A stretch of 63,425 nt of DNA, the filler included. It is 13 parts of 13 records of this genome, joined end to end, with 100 filler letters (N's around TTAATTAATTAA, not from the genome) between each part and the next. Parts side by side here need not be neighbours in the genome. Positions count along the whole stretch, not along the records: positions 27,435 to 35,636 come from SRR15195285_2462; positions 35,737 to 39,660 come from SRR15195285_2464; positions 39,761 to 43,623 come from SRR15195285_2467; positions 43,724 to 51,540 come from SRR15195285_2469; 9 more parts are not named here. The stretch is one strand, 5' to 3'. Position numbers and translations under genes: made by a program. Shown here piece after piece: positions 33,616-43,810 of this stretch. How positions within the stretch are numbered: the first letter of the stretch is position 1; each line of letters starts with the position of its first letter. Under the pieces are notes generated by a model. That model ran no database searches and had not been told where the DNA came from. It saw only the letters and a program-made list of their open reading frames with translations.

Positions 33616-35079
33616 CTACCCACTGCTTGCCAACGATACGATCAAGCTTACTAGTGCTTGTTTCGGGTCGTCATTGTCTTCAGCCTCGTCGATCATCTCT
33701 TCGTCCGCACCTTCGGCATCCGCTCGCTTCCGCAGCGCCGACAGGCGCAGCCCGACCAGCTCTTCACGTAGCACTGCTACACGACGGGCCTCTGCCTGGA
33801 TCTGCGCTGCTTCAGCTGCTGCTGCTGCTGCCGCTACTGCTGCTGTCGTCTCCACTCCCAGCGCTTGGCCACTCTCTGGCAGGTTGGTACTCAGTGCAGT
33901 TGGCATCTCTCCGCCAAGCGAGTTGGACGCGAGCACTAACAGCTGCTGCCCGATTCGCTCGGCTAGTTGGCGCTCCCACTGGTCGCAGGGTTTCCGTCGT
34001 TCCTCTTCTGCTTGAAGGTGTTCGATTATCCCCGCGGACATAGCGTTGGCGACTTTCACCTCCAAGCCACCGAGAAACGCAGAAACTGTCCGGTTTGCAG
34101 ACCAGTCTCCACTGTTCTGGCCGACGACGGCCGGAATTGTTGTCTCTGCTTCGGGCTCCAGTGGCAGCAACTCGCCGGCGGCAAAGCAACGTGCAATATA
34201 CTCGAGTGCACTCTGCTCATCGTGCAAGGTCCTGGTGCAGGTCACAGCCTGCATTGCGCGCTGGAGCAATGGCCGGATGCAACGGGTGCATGCCGTCACC
34301 GAGGTCGTGACGACAGGTGCATCAATCGGCAGAATCGGTGGCTCAGCCTCGAGCTCCTGGTGCCGATGCTGAAGCTGAGCGAGTCGCTCCGCGTACGGCT
34401 GTGGAGGCGGTGGTGGAGGAGGAGCGCCTGCTAGCTCGCGCGTAATGCTGGGGCTCATGAGCATTTCCATGATGTCATCATCCAGCTCGTCATCCGTGCC
34501 TGTCAACCCGTGATCGGCTCGATGCTCTAGATCGAACTCGACTCGCCTGCCCGCTGCTGACATGGCACGCATCTCAGCACGAGCTAGATTCGCACGACGA
34601 CGTGCTTGAATTCGCGTTGCAGCAGCATGTTGTCGGTGTCGTTCCGCACGAACAGCTGCGCGGGCCTGTTTCCCTCTCACTGCAGCTTGAACTTTCACCG
34701 CAGATGCAGCAGCCTCGGCGGCCTCTTGCCTCTCAACCCGGGCTGTCGCCGCCAGAGCCTGGGCTTGTGCTCGGCTCTCGGAGGGCAGTTTCACTTCCAG
34801 GCTGTCAAGTCGTCGCTGCACCTCTACCGCCTTTTTCTCGAGTGCCTGCCGAACCGAGCGTGGTGTGCCCATGTCGGTCGAGAGCGTGTCCATCAGCTCC
34901 TTTGCTATCCGGTACTCCCCCGCGGCGAGCGCGCCGTCGCCCGCCCGCCCGCTGGAGCTGAACGAGCGCTCTAGCGCCATCCCATTCTTGATGCGGCTGA
35001 CGCCCTCCTTCATGAGCGGCGACGGCGGCGGCTTCTTCGGTTGCCTGCCAGCACTGGCCGTGCGACGTGGCGTGGTCAT
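33616..35079 (-). CDS. MIT-like + 2 IQ motifs + RIIa/Dpy-30-like + C-terminal helical module protein
   Basis: IQ motifs VKVQAAVRGKQAR and TRIQARRRANLAR. N-terminal three-helix pattern (AGEYRIAKELM...LEKKAVEVQRRL) and IRPLLQRAM..ALEYIARCF; the MIT and RIIa calls are weak. Confidence 0.7.
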   Translation of the reverse strand: MTTPRRTASAGRQPKKPPPSPLMKEGVSRIKNGMALERSFSSSGRAGDGALAAGEYRIAKELMDTLSTDMGTPRSVRQALEKKAVEVQRRLDSLEVKLPSESRAQAQALAATARVERQEAAEAAASAVKVQAAVRGKQARAAVRAERHRQHAAATRIQARRRANLARAEMRAMSAAGRRVEFDLEHRADHGLTGTDDELDDDIMEMLMSPSITRELAGAPPPPPPPQPYAERLAQLQHRHQELEAEPPILPIDAPVVTTSVTACTRCIRPLLQRAMQAVTCTRTLHDEQSALEYIARCFAAGELLPLEPEAETTIPAVVGQNSGDWSANRTVSAFLGGLEVKVANAMSAGIIEHLQAEEERRKPCDQWERQLAERIGQQLLVLASNSLGGEMPTALSTNLPESGQALGVETTAAVAAAAAAAEAAQIQAEARRVAVLREELVGLRLSALRKRADAEGADEEMIDEAEDNDDPKQALVSLIVSLASSG

Positions 35080-35736
35080 GCGATCGGAGGCAGCACGAGG
35101 CAGGTGTGGCACGAGGCAGACAGCGTCCGCTCGCAGCGTGGACGGTTCGTGAACACTGTTCGCTGTGCCCCCAAAATCGGCGGTGAAGCTCTCGATCACT
35201 AACGCTTTGCTTGCTTGCCCGTACCGCGAGTATCCGCGCGAGAGCGGCGCTCGCGCGTGCTGCCGGCGCTCCGATACTCGAGACTCGTACGGCGCATTAG
35301 GAATAGCCGCGCGCGCGGGGGCGCGGGATCGATAGATCCCAACGCCTCGTTTGCATATTACAATCTGGGCACTGCACGCGCTTTTGATCAGCCGCAGTTA
35401 CGGTATATCATCATATACATGTTTGACAACCATGGCACGTATATTGCATTCAAATATCGTACAGCGCGCTAAAGGCCGATAGCGCCTGCGTCGTCAGGGT
35501 GCGGTACCGTGTACGTGTTCATGGACGATTTCAGATTTTACACGCGAGGTGCAGCACCGCGCGAAAAACGGCCAGATTGTGTGTACACACGAAAATCCCG
35601 TACTCTAACCGAACGCGCCCCAGCTAGCTGCGACGGNNNNNNNNNNNNNNNNNNNNNNNNNNNNNNNNNNNNNNNNNNNNTTAATTAATTAANNNNNNNN
35701 NNNNNNNNNNNNNNNNNNNNNNNNNNNNNNNNNNNN

Positions 35737-37193
35737 TGGCTCTGGCTCTGGCTCTGGCTCCGGTCCCGGTTCCGGTTCCGGCGCCAGAGTTGAAAGGACG
35801 GGACCATCTGGATGCGCTGCATCCCATTCGTTGATCATTTTGGCACAGTCCTGGCCGCCATCGACACCCGTTGCATTCGTGGCCGCGGTTTCTGCTGTCT
35901 GTCCCTCCATATCTTCATGACGCCAGTCTGCACCTTCCAAGAGCAATTCCTGAACGGCACCGGCATGCCCTTGCGTAGCTGCAAGATGAAGTGGAGTCGA
36001 GTCTGTGGCGTCTCCTTGATTCAGATCCGCACCCAACCGTGCTAGTTCCTCAATCACTGATACATGACCACAGTGCGCCGCCTTGAGCAGTGGGGTCCAT
36101 CCCTCGTGCTCCCCACTCCCACACCCATTGATGTCAGCAGTAGCTGCAACCAAGCGCGATATCTCGGCCAAATCTCTCCGCCCAGACGCAGTAATCATCA
36201 TATTTACTGAAACCTCTGGATTCTCTTCGACCCATGTCTGCTCAGCGGCAAGCTTCGCGCGCCGGGATCCTTCTAACGCAGCTGCAGCGTCGGCTGCCGC
36301 AGCCGCGGCGGTGGCAGCCTCTGCTTGACGGTCGTCCAGAATGCTTTGCAGATGTGCAATGGACTGTATGTTTTGTCCAGCTTGTTTGAACTTGTTCATT
36401 AGCGCACGCGCCTTCTCAGCCGCAGCCTGCGCAGCTTTTGCAGCCTCGGCAGCAGCCTCCGCCTGGTCTTGCATGCGGCGCTGCTCCTCGTCTGCCCGGC
36501 GGCGCGAGGCGTCGGGGGCAGGGAGAGTGACCTCGGGGGCAGAGACATTCGGCTGGCTACTCTGAGCAATTGCAGCCAGCAGCCGGAATGGAGTGTCTGC
36601 AGCCTCAACTGTTCCACGCCATGGCTGCTCTGGTGGGAGTAGCCGCGGAGGGGACGGCTTGGTGCTTTGAAGTGGGGGCGTGGGAGGGCCATTTTCGAAC
36701 GTTTTGATTGGTGAGCTGGTCCGGGTCCAGCTCGTTTCTCCAGTCCTCTTGTTCACCCAGTACGGTCGCATGTACTGCATGGACATCCGCTCCTCCCACA
36801 ACTGTGGGTCTAGTGTTGGTACATGCTGACCACTCCGTGGCGAAGGGACGAAACCGTGGTTTTGGCGTATCGTTGCGACGACGGCTACGCTTCGTCCGCC
36901 TTGCTCTTCGCCCTTCACGGTGGCACGAGCGCTTGTGAGCGTCGACTGTACCTGCTCCACGCATGATAAACCTTGATCAGCAGCCAAAACAGGAAGGTAC
37001 AGGATGCCAGGCACAACGGTTGATCCACAGAATTGTGAAGCTGAGTCTAGCGAGGTACCGAGGGCCGGGTGCCCCCGGGCAGCTGCCACCAACACAGCGG
37101 CGGTGGTGACTTCTCCTCGGGGTCCTCCACACTGTGTGACTGCTGTGAGCTCTTCTTCGCCTGAGGGGCCAGAGCGGGCAGCTGCACCGCCAT
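35737..37193 (-). CDS. WW + ankyrin-repeat protein (3' truncated)
   Basis: WW: WEERMS...YWVNKRTGETSWTR. ANK: GWTPLLKAAHCGH and STPLHLAATQGH. Ends in an EPEPEP tract at the contig edge. Confidence 0.85.
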
Positions 37194-37455
37194 GCTGCTG
37201 CCTTGGACGACGGAGCGTTTCGTTCCCTCGTTTCGGCTCGCGCGCCGCGTGCGCGGCGGCCGCGCGCGGTCGTCCCTGCTGTACATGTACGTCCCAACTC
37301 CAATTAGATCCCCTATATATGCACTCTGGTCAGTAGTATTTACCGGCGGGACTACCGGCGCGCGGCGGTACATCGGTATAGCACGAGTACCAGGCCGCGC
37401 ACGCAGCATACTCGCGCTGGCGTGCCCCATACTGCCGGCGCACGCTCAGCTGCTG

Positions 37456-38283
37456 ATGCTGGCGAGGGCGGCGCTGCGAAAAGCGTGCCTACTGGCGGTG
37501 GTGTTAGCAGCTCAACCCGACGTGCAGGTCGCGGAGAGCAGCACCGCTAGTCCGAATGAGCGGCCAGCCGCGGGGCGAGGTAGTAGTGCTCGGCGGCCGG
37601 CCGCCTGCAAGATCGAACAGTGGGAACGCAGGGAAATCAAGAGCTGCTCGAGGCTGTTCCTACACTATGCACAGCTGGGCGATGATGGTGCCACGGAGTT
37701 GGCCGAAGCCCTGCGTGGCTCACAGGTAACGTCGCTCTCCTTATTCGGCTGCGGAATAGGCGACCGTGGTGCGATCGCGCTAGCAGCGGCGATGGAGCAG
37801 ATAGACTCTCCTCTCAGGCTAGAGATACTCAACCTCGGAGGCAATCGCATCGGCGATGCAGGCGCAGAGGCGCTGGGGCACGCGCTGCAGTTTTATGCTG
37901 CTCTGACGGAGTTGAACCTGGCGGACAACAGCGCAATCACTGACGTCGGAGTGAAGGCGATTGCGGTGGGCCTCGACCCAGCGTACACCGAGTGCGCACT
38001 GAAGACGCTCAATTTGTGGGGGGTCGGAAAGCTGACGCGGTCGGGTGTTGTTGCTCTGACTGAAGCCTGCGAAACGCATCAATCGCTAGTGACTGTGATT
38101 TTGCAGCCGGCAGAAGGCATTGACCTGGATCTGGAAGAGCGGATGCAGAAAGCGCTTGGGCAGAACAAGAAGATGCAGAAATACGGCCTCGATGCGGCGA
38201 AGACGCCGGTGACGATGAGCCACCAACAGTCCACCACGATGAAAACCAATCTCATGGCCAAGAGTAAAAGGGATGAGCTTTGA
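37456..38283 (+). CDS. RI-like (NLRC3-type) LRR protein with signal peptide and C-terminal RDEL
   Basis: LRRs LGDDGATELAEAL, IGDRGAIALAAAM, LNLGGNRIGDAGAEALGHAL. Hydrophobic N-terminus; ends KRDEL*. Confidence 0.85.
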   Translation: MLARAALRKACLLAVVLAAQPDVQVAESSTASPNERPAAGRGSSARRPAACKIEQWERREIKSCSRLFLHYAQLGDDGATELAEALRGSQVTSLSLFGCGIGDRGAIALAAAMEQIDSPLRLEILNLGGNRIGDAGAEALGHALQFYAALTELNLADNSAITDVGVKAIAVGLDPAYTECALKTLNLWGVGKLTRSGVVALTEACETHQSLVTVILQPAEGIDLDLEERMQKALGQNKKMQKYGLDAAKTPVTMSHQQSTTMKTNLMAKSKRDEL

Positions 38284-38334
38284 CTCCGAGGGTGGGGAAT
38301 GAGACGCAAACTTGGTCCCTCTTTGTTTACCGCT

Positions 38335-39261
38335 TTAGAGCAGCCCCAAAAGAAAATCTTTGAACGCCTGAAACATCCATCGGGGAGTGTTCTGTGGGTC
38401 ATCAGGAGCCCACACATCAATGCCCCCTATCTGTCGCTGCTCAAGGTAGTGAAGCCACTCAACGATCTTGTCCGTCGTCCAGCCGCAGGTGGGTGGATCT
38501 GGTGGTTTGCACTGGTTAGACACACCCAAATGGACAGCGCCTGGGGAAAAGCCAGCGGCCAGAATTTGCTCGGTACTTTGTCGGAGAGCAGTTAGGTTCT
38601 GCCCCTGGTACCAGCTACTCATGGTCGTAACGGAGTCCAGCGCAGTGTGGGTGGGCGCGAACGCACTGTACTTGTCCAAGATCCCCCAGCTTGCTAGGTC
38701 ACAGGAGGACTCCATCGATTTCTCATGCATTCCAACGCTCAGCTCGTGTAAGAAGCTGGCATAAGCAGCGACATGGTCTGCGGTATAGTTCTTGCTCGGT
38801 TCGTAGTCCACAATCACGCCATCGATTTGCTGGTCGGCAGCCCAAGACACAAGATCGGGTATCGCCGCCCTTGCTGCGTCCACCCCTTCAGCGCTCATCG
38901 ACGAGGGCTTCAGATTCGCGCATACATGCACTGTCAGATTGTGCTTGCGGTACTGCTCGACCAGACCGCTAATGTCTGTGCCAGAAAACCCGCTGGCTCC
39001 AGCGGTATAATCGATTGTCGGGTCATTGCAGCACAGAATGACACCTGTAATGTAGTCCGTCACGGGAGTGCCAGCGTTTCGCTCCACGATCATCAGGTTT
39101 GCTGCCGGGTCCCTTCGTGACCAGTACATGCGCACGGCACGCGAGTGGGGTACCGTCCTTGTTTTGCCCAGCCCGGCTCGGTGTGTCTCGTCGCTGCCCG
39201 CAATTGCCTGGCGAGGAATCATCGCCATCGGCAGCAGCAGCAGCACCAGCAGTGGTGCCAT
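38335..39261 (-). CDS. Secreted GH18-like TIM-barrel glycoside hydrolase
   Basis: Signal peptide MAPLLVLLLLPM, IDGVIVDYEP catalytic-like strand, TMSSWY, GGIDVW. Confidence 0.75.
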   Translation of the reverse strand: MAPLLVLLLLPMAMIPRQAIAGSDETHRAGLGKTRTVPHSRAVRMYWSRRDPAANLMIVERNAGTPVTDYITGVILCCNDPTIDYTAGASGFSGTDISGLVEQYRKHNLTVHVCANLKPSSMSAEGVDAARAAIPDLVSWAADQQIDGVIVDYEPSKNYTADHVAAYASFLHELSVGMHEKSMESSCDLASWGILDKYSAFAPTHTALDSVTTMSSWYQGQNLTALRQSTEQILAAGFSPGAVHLGVSNQCKPPDPPTCGWTTDKIVEWLHYLEQRQIGGIDVWAPDDPQNTPRWMFQAFKDFLLGLL

Positions 39262-39897
39262 TCGCAGCGGCCGAGCAGTGTGTCGACTGACGATCAACCG
39301 CCCGGGGTGGAGGCTCAGATTGCTGCGGCGGGAGGCAGGGGCGTGCAGTGGCGTGCGGTGGCAGCTACCCCTGGGCGCGCGAGCTCACAGTGCACGCAGG
39401 TTCAACGCCGTCACGGCGGGTGCCCGGCGTTCGCGTTCCTCCGGCCACGCACTCACCGACGGCGCGCGGGGCGCGTCAATCAGTCAAGCCGTCAACCGTC
39501 AAGGCGCGATGTAGCATGTACTTGTATCGTGAATCGTCGCCTGCCTATCGAGTAAAGTACCGTACTAACTACTATGATCTATGCGTAGATCTACAGTACC
39601 GGTAGGGGGTAGTGGTACGGTCGATCAACATACTGTGTGTTTCCCATGTTCTGAGACTTCNNNNNNNNNNNNNNNNNNNNNNNNNNNNNNNNNNNNNNNN
39701 NNNNTTAATTAATTAANNNNNNNNNNNNNNNNNNNNNNNNNNNNNNNNNNNNNNNNNNNNTCCTGACTTGCATTTCCCGCATGCGTAAGCCGCCAGCTAG
39801 CATACTCTAGAGTAGGATTGACGCTTGACGGTTGTGCACCCACGCACGGTCGCCGGTCGCCCCGAATCCTCGCCGACCGTGCGTGGGTCGGGCACGG

Positions 39898-42800
39898 ATG
39901 GCGGGCGGCAAGCGGCAGAGCAAGCCGCAGCAGAGCAAGCCGCAGCTGCCGGCTCGGGAGACGCGGAACGAGCTGCCCGATGAATCCAGCGGCGGCTTGG
40001 CGGCGGCAGCGCTCGTCGCTGGACTACTCGCAATGGCGGTGGGCACTGCAGCGTACCTACTCCGACTATCGAGCTGTTCTCTTGAGCACGGAATCCTGTA
40101 CTACTGTGACTGCTGTTTAAGGTCGTCGTTGGTGGGAGCAGGTACTACTGGCGGATGCGCGAGCCACTGCCAGCTGCATCGCCGACACGAGGCGCGCCAG
40201 CAGATCCACCGGCGAACTTGAGCAGTGCCTTCTCGGAGCTGCCGCCGTCCGCCCGCGCGGTGCAGCTGTCGCGTGATCTGGGCTACCTAGAGCAGGAGCA
40301 GCAGAAGCAGCTGGAGGGACTGATCGAAGTACAGCGCGAACTGGATCAGCTGCCTATCGACTGTTTTGTATGTCGCGTCGCCGCGATGGAGGGCTTTGCA
40401 GCAGCAGTACAGCTGGGATTGGAGTCTGGAGACCAGCTGCAGTCTGAGGGGGATGCTGAAATGCGACTCGGCACAACGTTGCGCAGGCTGTGTACGAGGA
40501 TTCGTGGTCTTCAGGTGCTCGGCATAATGGATCGCAGGATGAGAGCCCTGCGTGGCCGCTGCAAGGAGCTGTGGGCACAGCCGTCCCGGCTGTCGCGTCT
40601 CTCAGCGCTGTCGGGCGCGCTTGCTGTGTCCGCCGCTGGCATGAGCTTGGCAAGCACTCGCGATGGGCCGCCAGTACAGGGCGTTGGGCCGTCTGTGGAC
40701 GAGTTGTGTGCTGAGGTGTGCCCGGCTGAGCAGCCATGTGGCAGCGGGCTCGATGGCTGGGCTGCGGTGCTAGAAGTGGTGCTCGGGCGCGAGCCTCTTG
40801 GCGCTGCTCTGTTGGCAAACTCGAGCCGAGCGTTTCCAGATATGATGGCCAACTCGCTGCTCTTTTTTGCGGCAGCAAAGAGCGACGTACACGTATTGAG
40901 GGTGATGATGGCGATCAGTCCCGCCTCACCGAGTACACTACAGTGTCATGGGGCCCATGCAGCATGTCTTCAGGGACTTGGCGCTCCGCTGGCAGCTCTG
41001 ATGACAGCACCTTCGATCAAGCAGCAGCTTCAGCTCCTCAAGGCAATCATGCCCCATGTCTTTCAGCAGCCAACAGGCGCGACAGACATCGAGGCGTTCT
41101 TACGCATCACCCGAGCGCGGCTTACTGTGCGAATTGACGACGAGGGTGGCGGTGCAGTGAACGACACCGCTTTACACGTCGCTGCTTATGGGTATGATCA
41201 CGAAGGAATATTGTCCCTGCTGCTGCGGGACGGTGGCAACATGATCGACACGGCCGACTCGCATGGCCGTACCGCATTACACTACGCAGCAGATGCTCAG
41301 GACCAAGTTGCTGCCCTGGTCAATGTGTTTGCCGAGCCACCAGCGGGAACGACGCCTGTGTCAGCTCAGCGCACGGTGCCTGCGGTGCGCATGGCAGCGG
41401 ATCACTTACAGTCTGAGGTAGTATCAGCGCTATCAGCTGCACAGCTGGCTACCGTCCGCCTGCTACTTGCGTACGGCGCCGACCCAAACGCACAGGCAAC
41501 GCTGTCCGGAAGTACTCCACTGCATCTCGCAGCTCGCTCGGGCGCAACAGCAGTGGTGGAGTTACTGGTGCAGCACGCTGGTCGCAGTGCACTCGAATCG
41601 CGAAACCGACACGGTTGGACGCCTTTGATGCTCGCCGCTTCCCTCGGCCATGCGCACACTTGCAGGGTGTTGCTGCGACTCGGGGCTCGCGCCGACGCGC
41701 GAAATGCTATGGGCCGCGATGCAAGCTGGTATGCAGGAGCAGCGGCGTCGGCAATGGGTCCGAAGGACGCCCAGGCACTGTTTGGGCCAATTCAACGACC
41801 GTTGCCGCGAATTTTGTTGGCCCGGCGCAGCAACGCGACGGAATCTGATCTTCACAGTAGCATAAGCGGGGCAGGCGTAAACCTGAGCGCGAGCGTAAGT
41901 GGAGGTTGGGGGGCCCACGATGAAACTGATACAACTACTAACTCTGGAGGATTTGCAGCTATGTTCGGCCTGACTGATAGCGACATGGAGAGCAGCCCTC
42001 GCGATGGCGGTGATGGATTGTCAGATTTGCTAGGGCTATGCGACGTCGATGTGAGGTCCAAAAGCCTTGATCCTGCGGTGTTTGAGTCAGACTACCTCCT
42101 GGCCTCCCGACCAGTGCTAATTCAGGGGGCTGCAGATGAAATACCAGCGCGACGACTGGGTGGTGGGGGGTGGAATTGGCAGAGGGCCGAGTTTTTTGCA
42201 CGGGTCGGACAGGAAGTGTTCAATGTACAAAAGCTCCCGATGTGGAAGGGCAAGCTGCTGCGAGAGCAATCGACAGCCGCTGGGATAGCGATGGAGGGTG
42301 GCGAGGACGACATCACTCTGGCCGAGTACTTTGATAGCTACGCTCGACACCGGTACAAGAGACCACTGTCGTGGAATGGTCCTCGCAACCAAAGCTTGTG
42401 GTCAGAGATGGAACACGATCTGACGTGGCCAGCTGCGGTGTCAGCCCCAACAGTACGGCGACCTGGTTCTGGAGACGGGTACTTTGGTCTGTTCATGGGC
42501 CCTCAAGGTTCTGGCGTCACGATGCACCACCACAAGTCTGCCTGGAACGCATTACTCTTCGGTCTCAAGCTCTGGGTCTTGACACCGCCGCATGCCTCGG
42601 CATTTCGCAGAGACGAAATGGCAGCGGACTCATTCTCTTCTGAAGGTCATGGGTGGTTGCGTGCTGCATTGGCTAGAGCTCAGCGGGAACCAGGCGTACA
42701 CAAAGCATCTGGCGTTCACTCGTCGGAAGAAGAAAACGGGACAGGACGGCGGCATCTGTTTTGTGTGCAACGCGAAGGCGACGTACTATTTGTGCCTCAC

Positions 42801-42983
42801 GGGTGGGGCCACTCCACCCTCAACCTCCGCGAGTCTATCGGCGTCGCTAACTTCTTTTTGGACGAGGACGCTGTTGGCTACCGCCCGAGCAAAATTTTCC
42901 ACTCCAACCGAGGGATTCGCTCGCTGCAAACGGCACTCGGGGTAACCGCCCCTTCCGACTTTGATCCCGATGGCCACCCTTGA
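39898..42983 (+). CDS. Membrane-anchored ankyrin-repeat + JmjC (JMJD8-like HxH) protein with saposin-like Cys pattern
   Basis: TM exon joined by intron 40053-40141. ANK: TALHVAA, GRTALHYAA, STPLHLAA, GWTPLMLAA. JmjC: FMGPQGSGVTMHHH..WNALLFGLKLW...QREGDVLFVPHGWGHSTLNL. Confidence 0.88.
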
Positions 42984-43810
42984 GAGGTTGCCCCATGCAG
43001 CTGCAGAGACGGTGATTCTGGCTACCCAGGTTGGCGGCTGCTACGGTTGCACTGCTTTATGCGTTTAATCGTTCCCATGGTCGTGCTATGAGAAGATGGG
43101 TGAATTATGCTAGCGACTGTGAATAAGTTAAGTAGCACGTACTCGCAAAAATAATGTACGATTTGAATGGTTGCGTTGCCCCTGTTGGCCTCCGTTTGCC
43201 CCCCAGCTCCGGAGACCGCAGATCGGGCTCGAGGTCGGAAAGTTGCTGCCACAAGACTTCTAGCCAACGTGGCAGCGCGCACTGGTCGTTGTTTCCCAAA
43301 CCTAAACCCACGGTCGCGACCGTAGTTTCCGAAACTAGAGTGTGCAGGGCTCGCCCACGACCTCAAGCAGACGCCAAAACTGACAAAACCGCATGAGGTC
43401 CGTTCTCGCAGCCACCTCCAGTTTTCGCGAGTGATCGCGATCCTGACTGCACCATTACATGTATCGGACAGAACCCTGAGAGCCCCTTGGGCCTCAACAT
43501 TTTGGGTTGTACCAAGCGCACGGTGGCACGAATCAAACAGTCTACCACCTTGGTAGTATGCGGCGTGCAGTTTCAAGTGTACTAGATTACCTTCTCCGTA
43601 AGATTAATATGACTTCGAATTTCNNNNNNNNNNNNNNNNNNNNNNNNNNNNNNNNNNNNNNNNNNNNTTAATTAATTAANNNNNNNNNNNNNNNNNNNNN
43701 NNNNNNNNNNNNNNNNNNNNNNNCCCCCCCCCCCCCCCCCCCCCCTCCCCCCTGTTAGCCGATACTTGCAGTATAATGATACTGCAAAGATCGTGACTTC
43801 ATGCTTGTAG

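Noticed and set aside
40051-40141. Non-canonical GC-AG donors (here and in the GH3 gene near 26855)
   Set aside because: A GT donor a few bases away gives the correct phase in both cases.
43022-43576. ORFs in intergenic stretches (also 6097-6467, 11411-11593, 27722-28272, 51641-51927)
   Set aside because: No recognisable motifs or consistent splice structure; I cannot support them as genes.
43724-43752. Poly-C tract at a contig start
   Set aside because: A homopolymer at an assembly edge, likely the cause of the break or a sequencing artifact.
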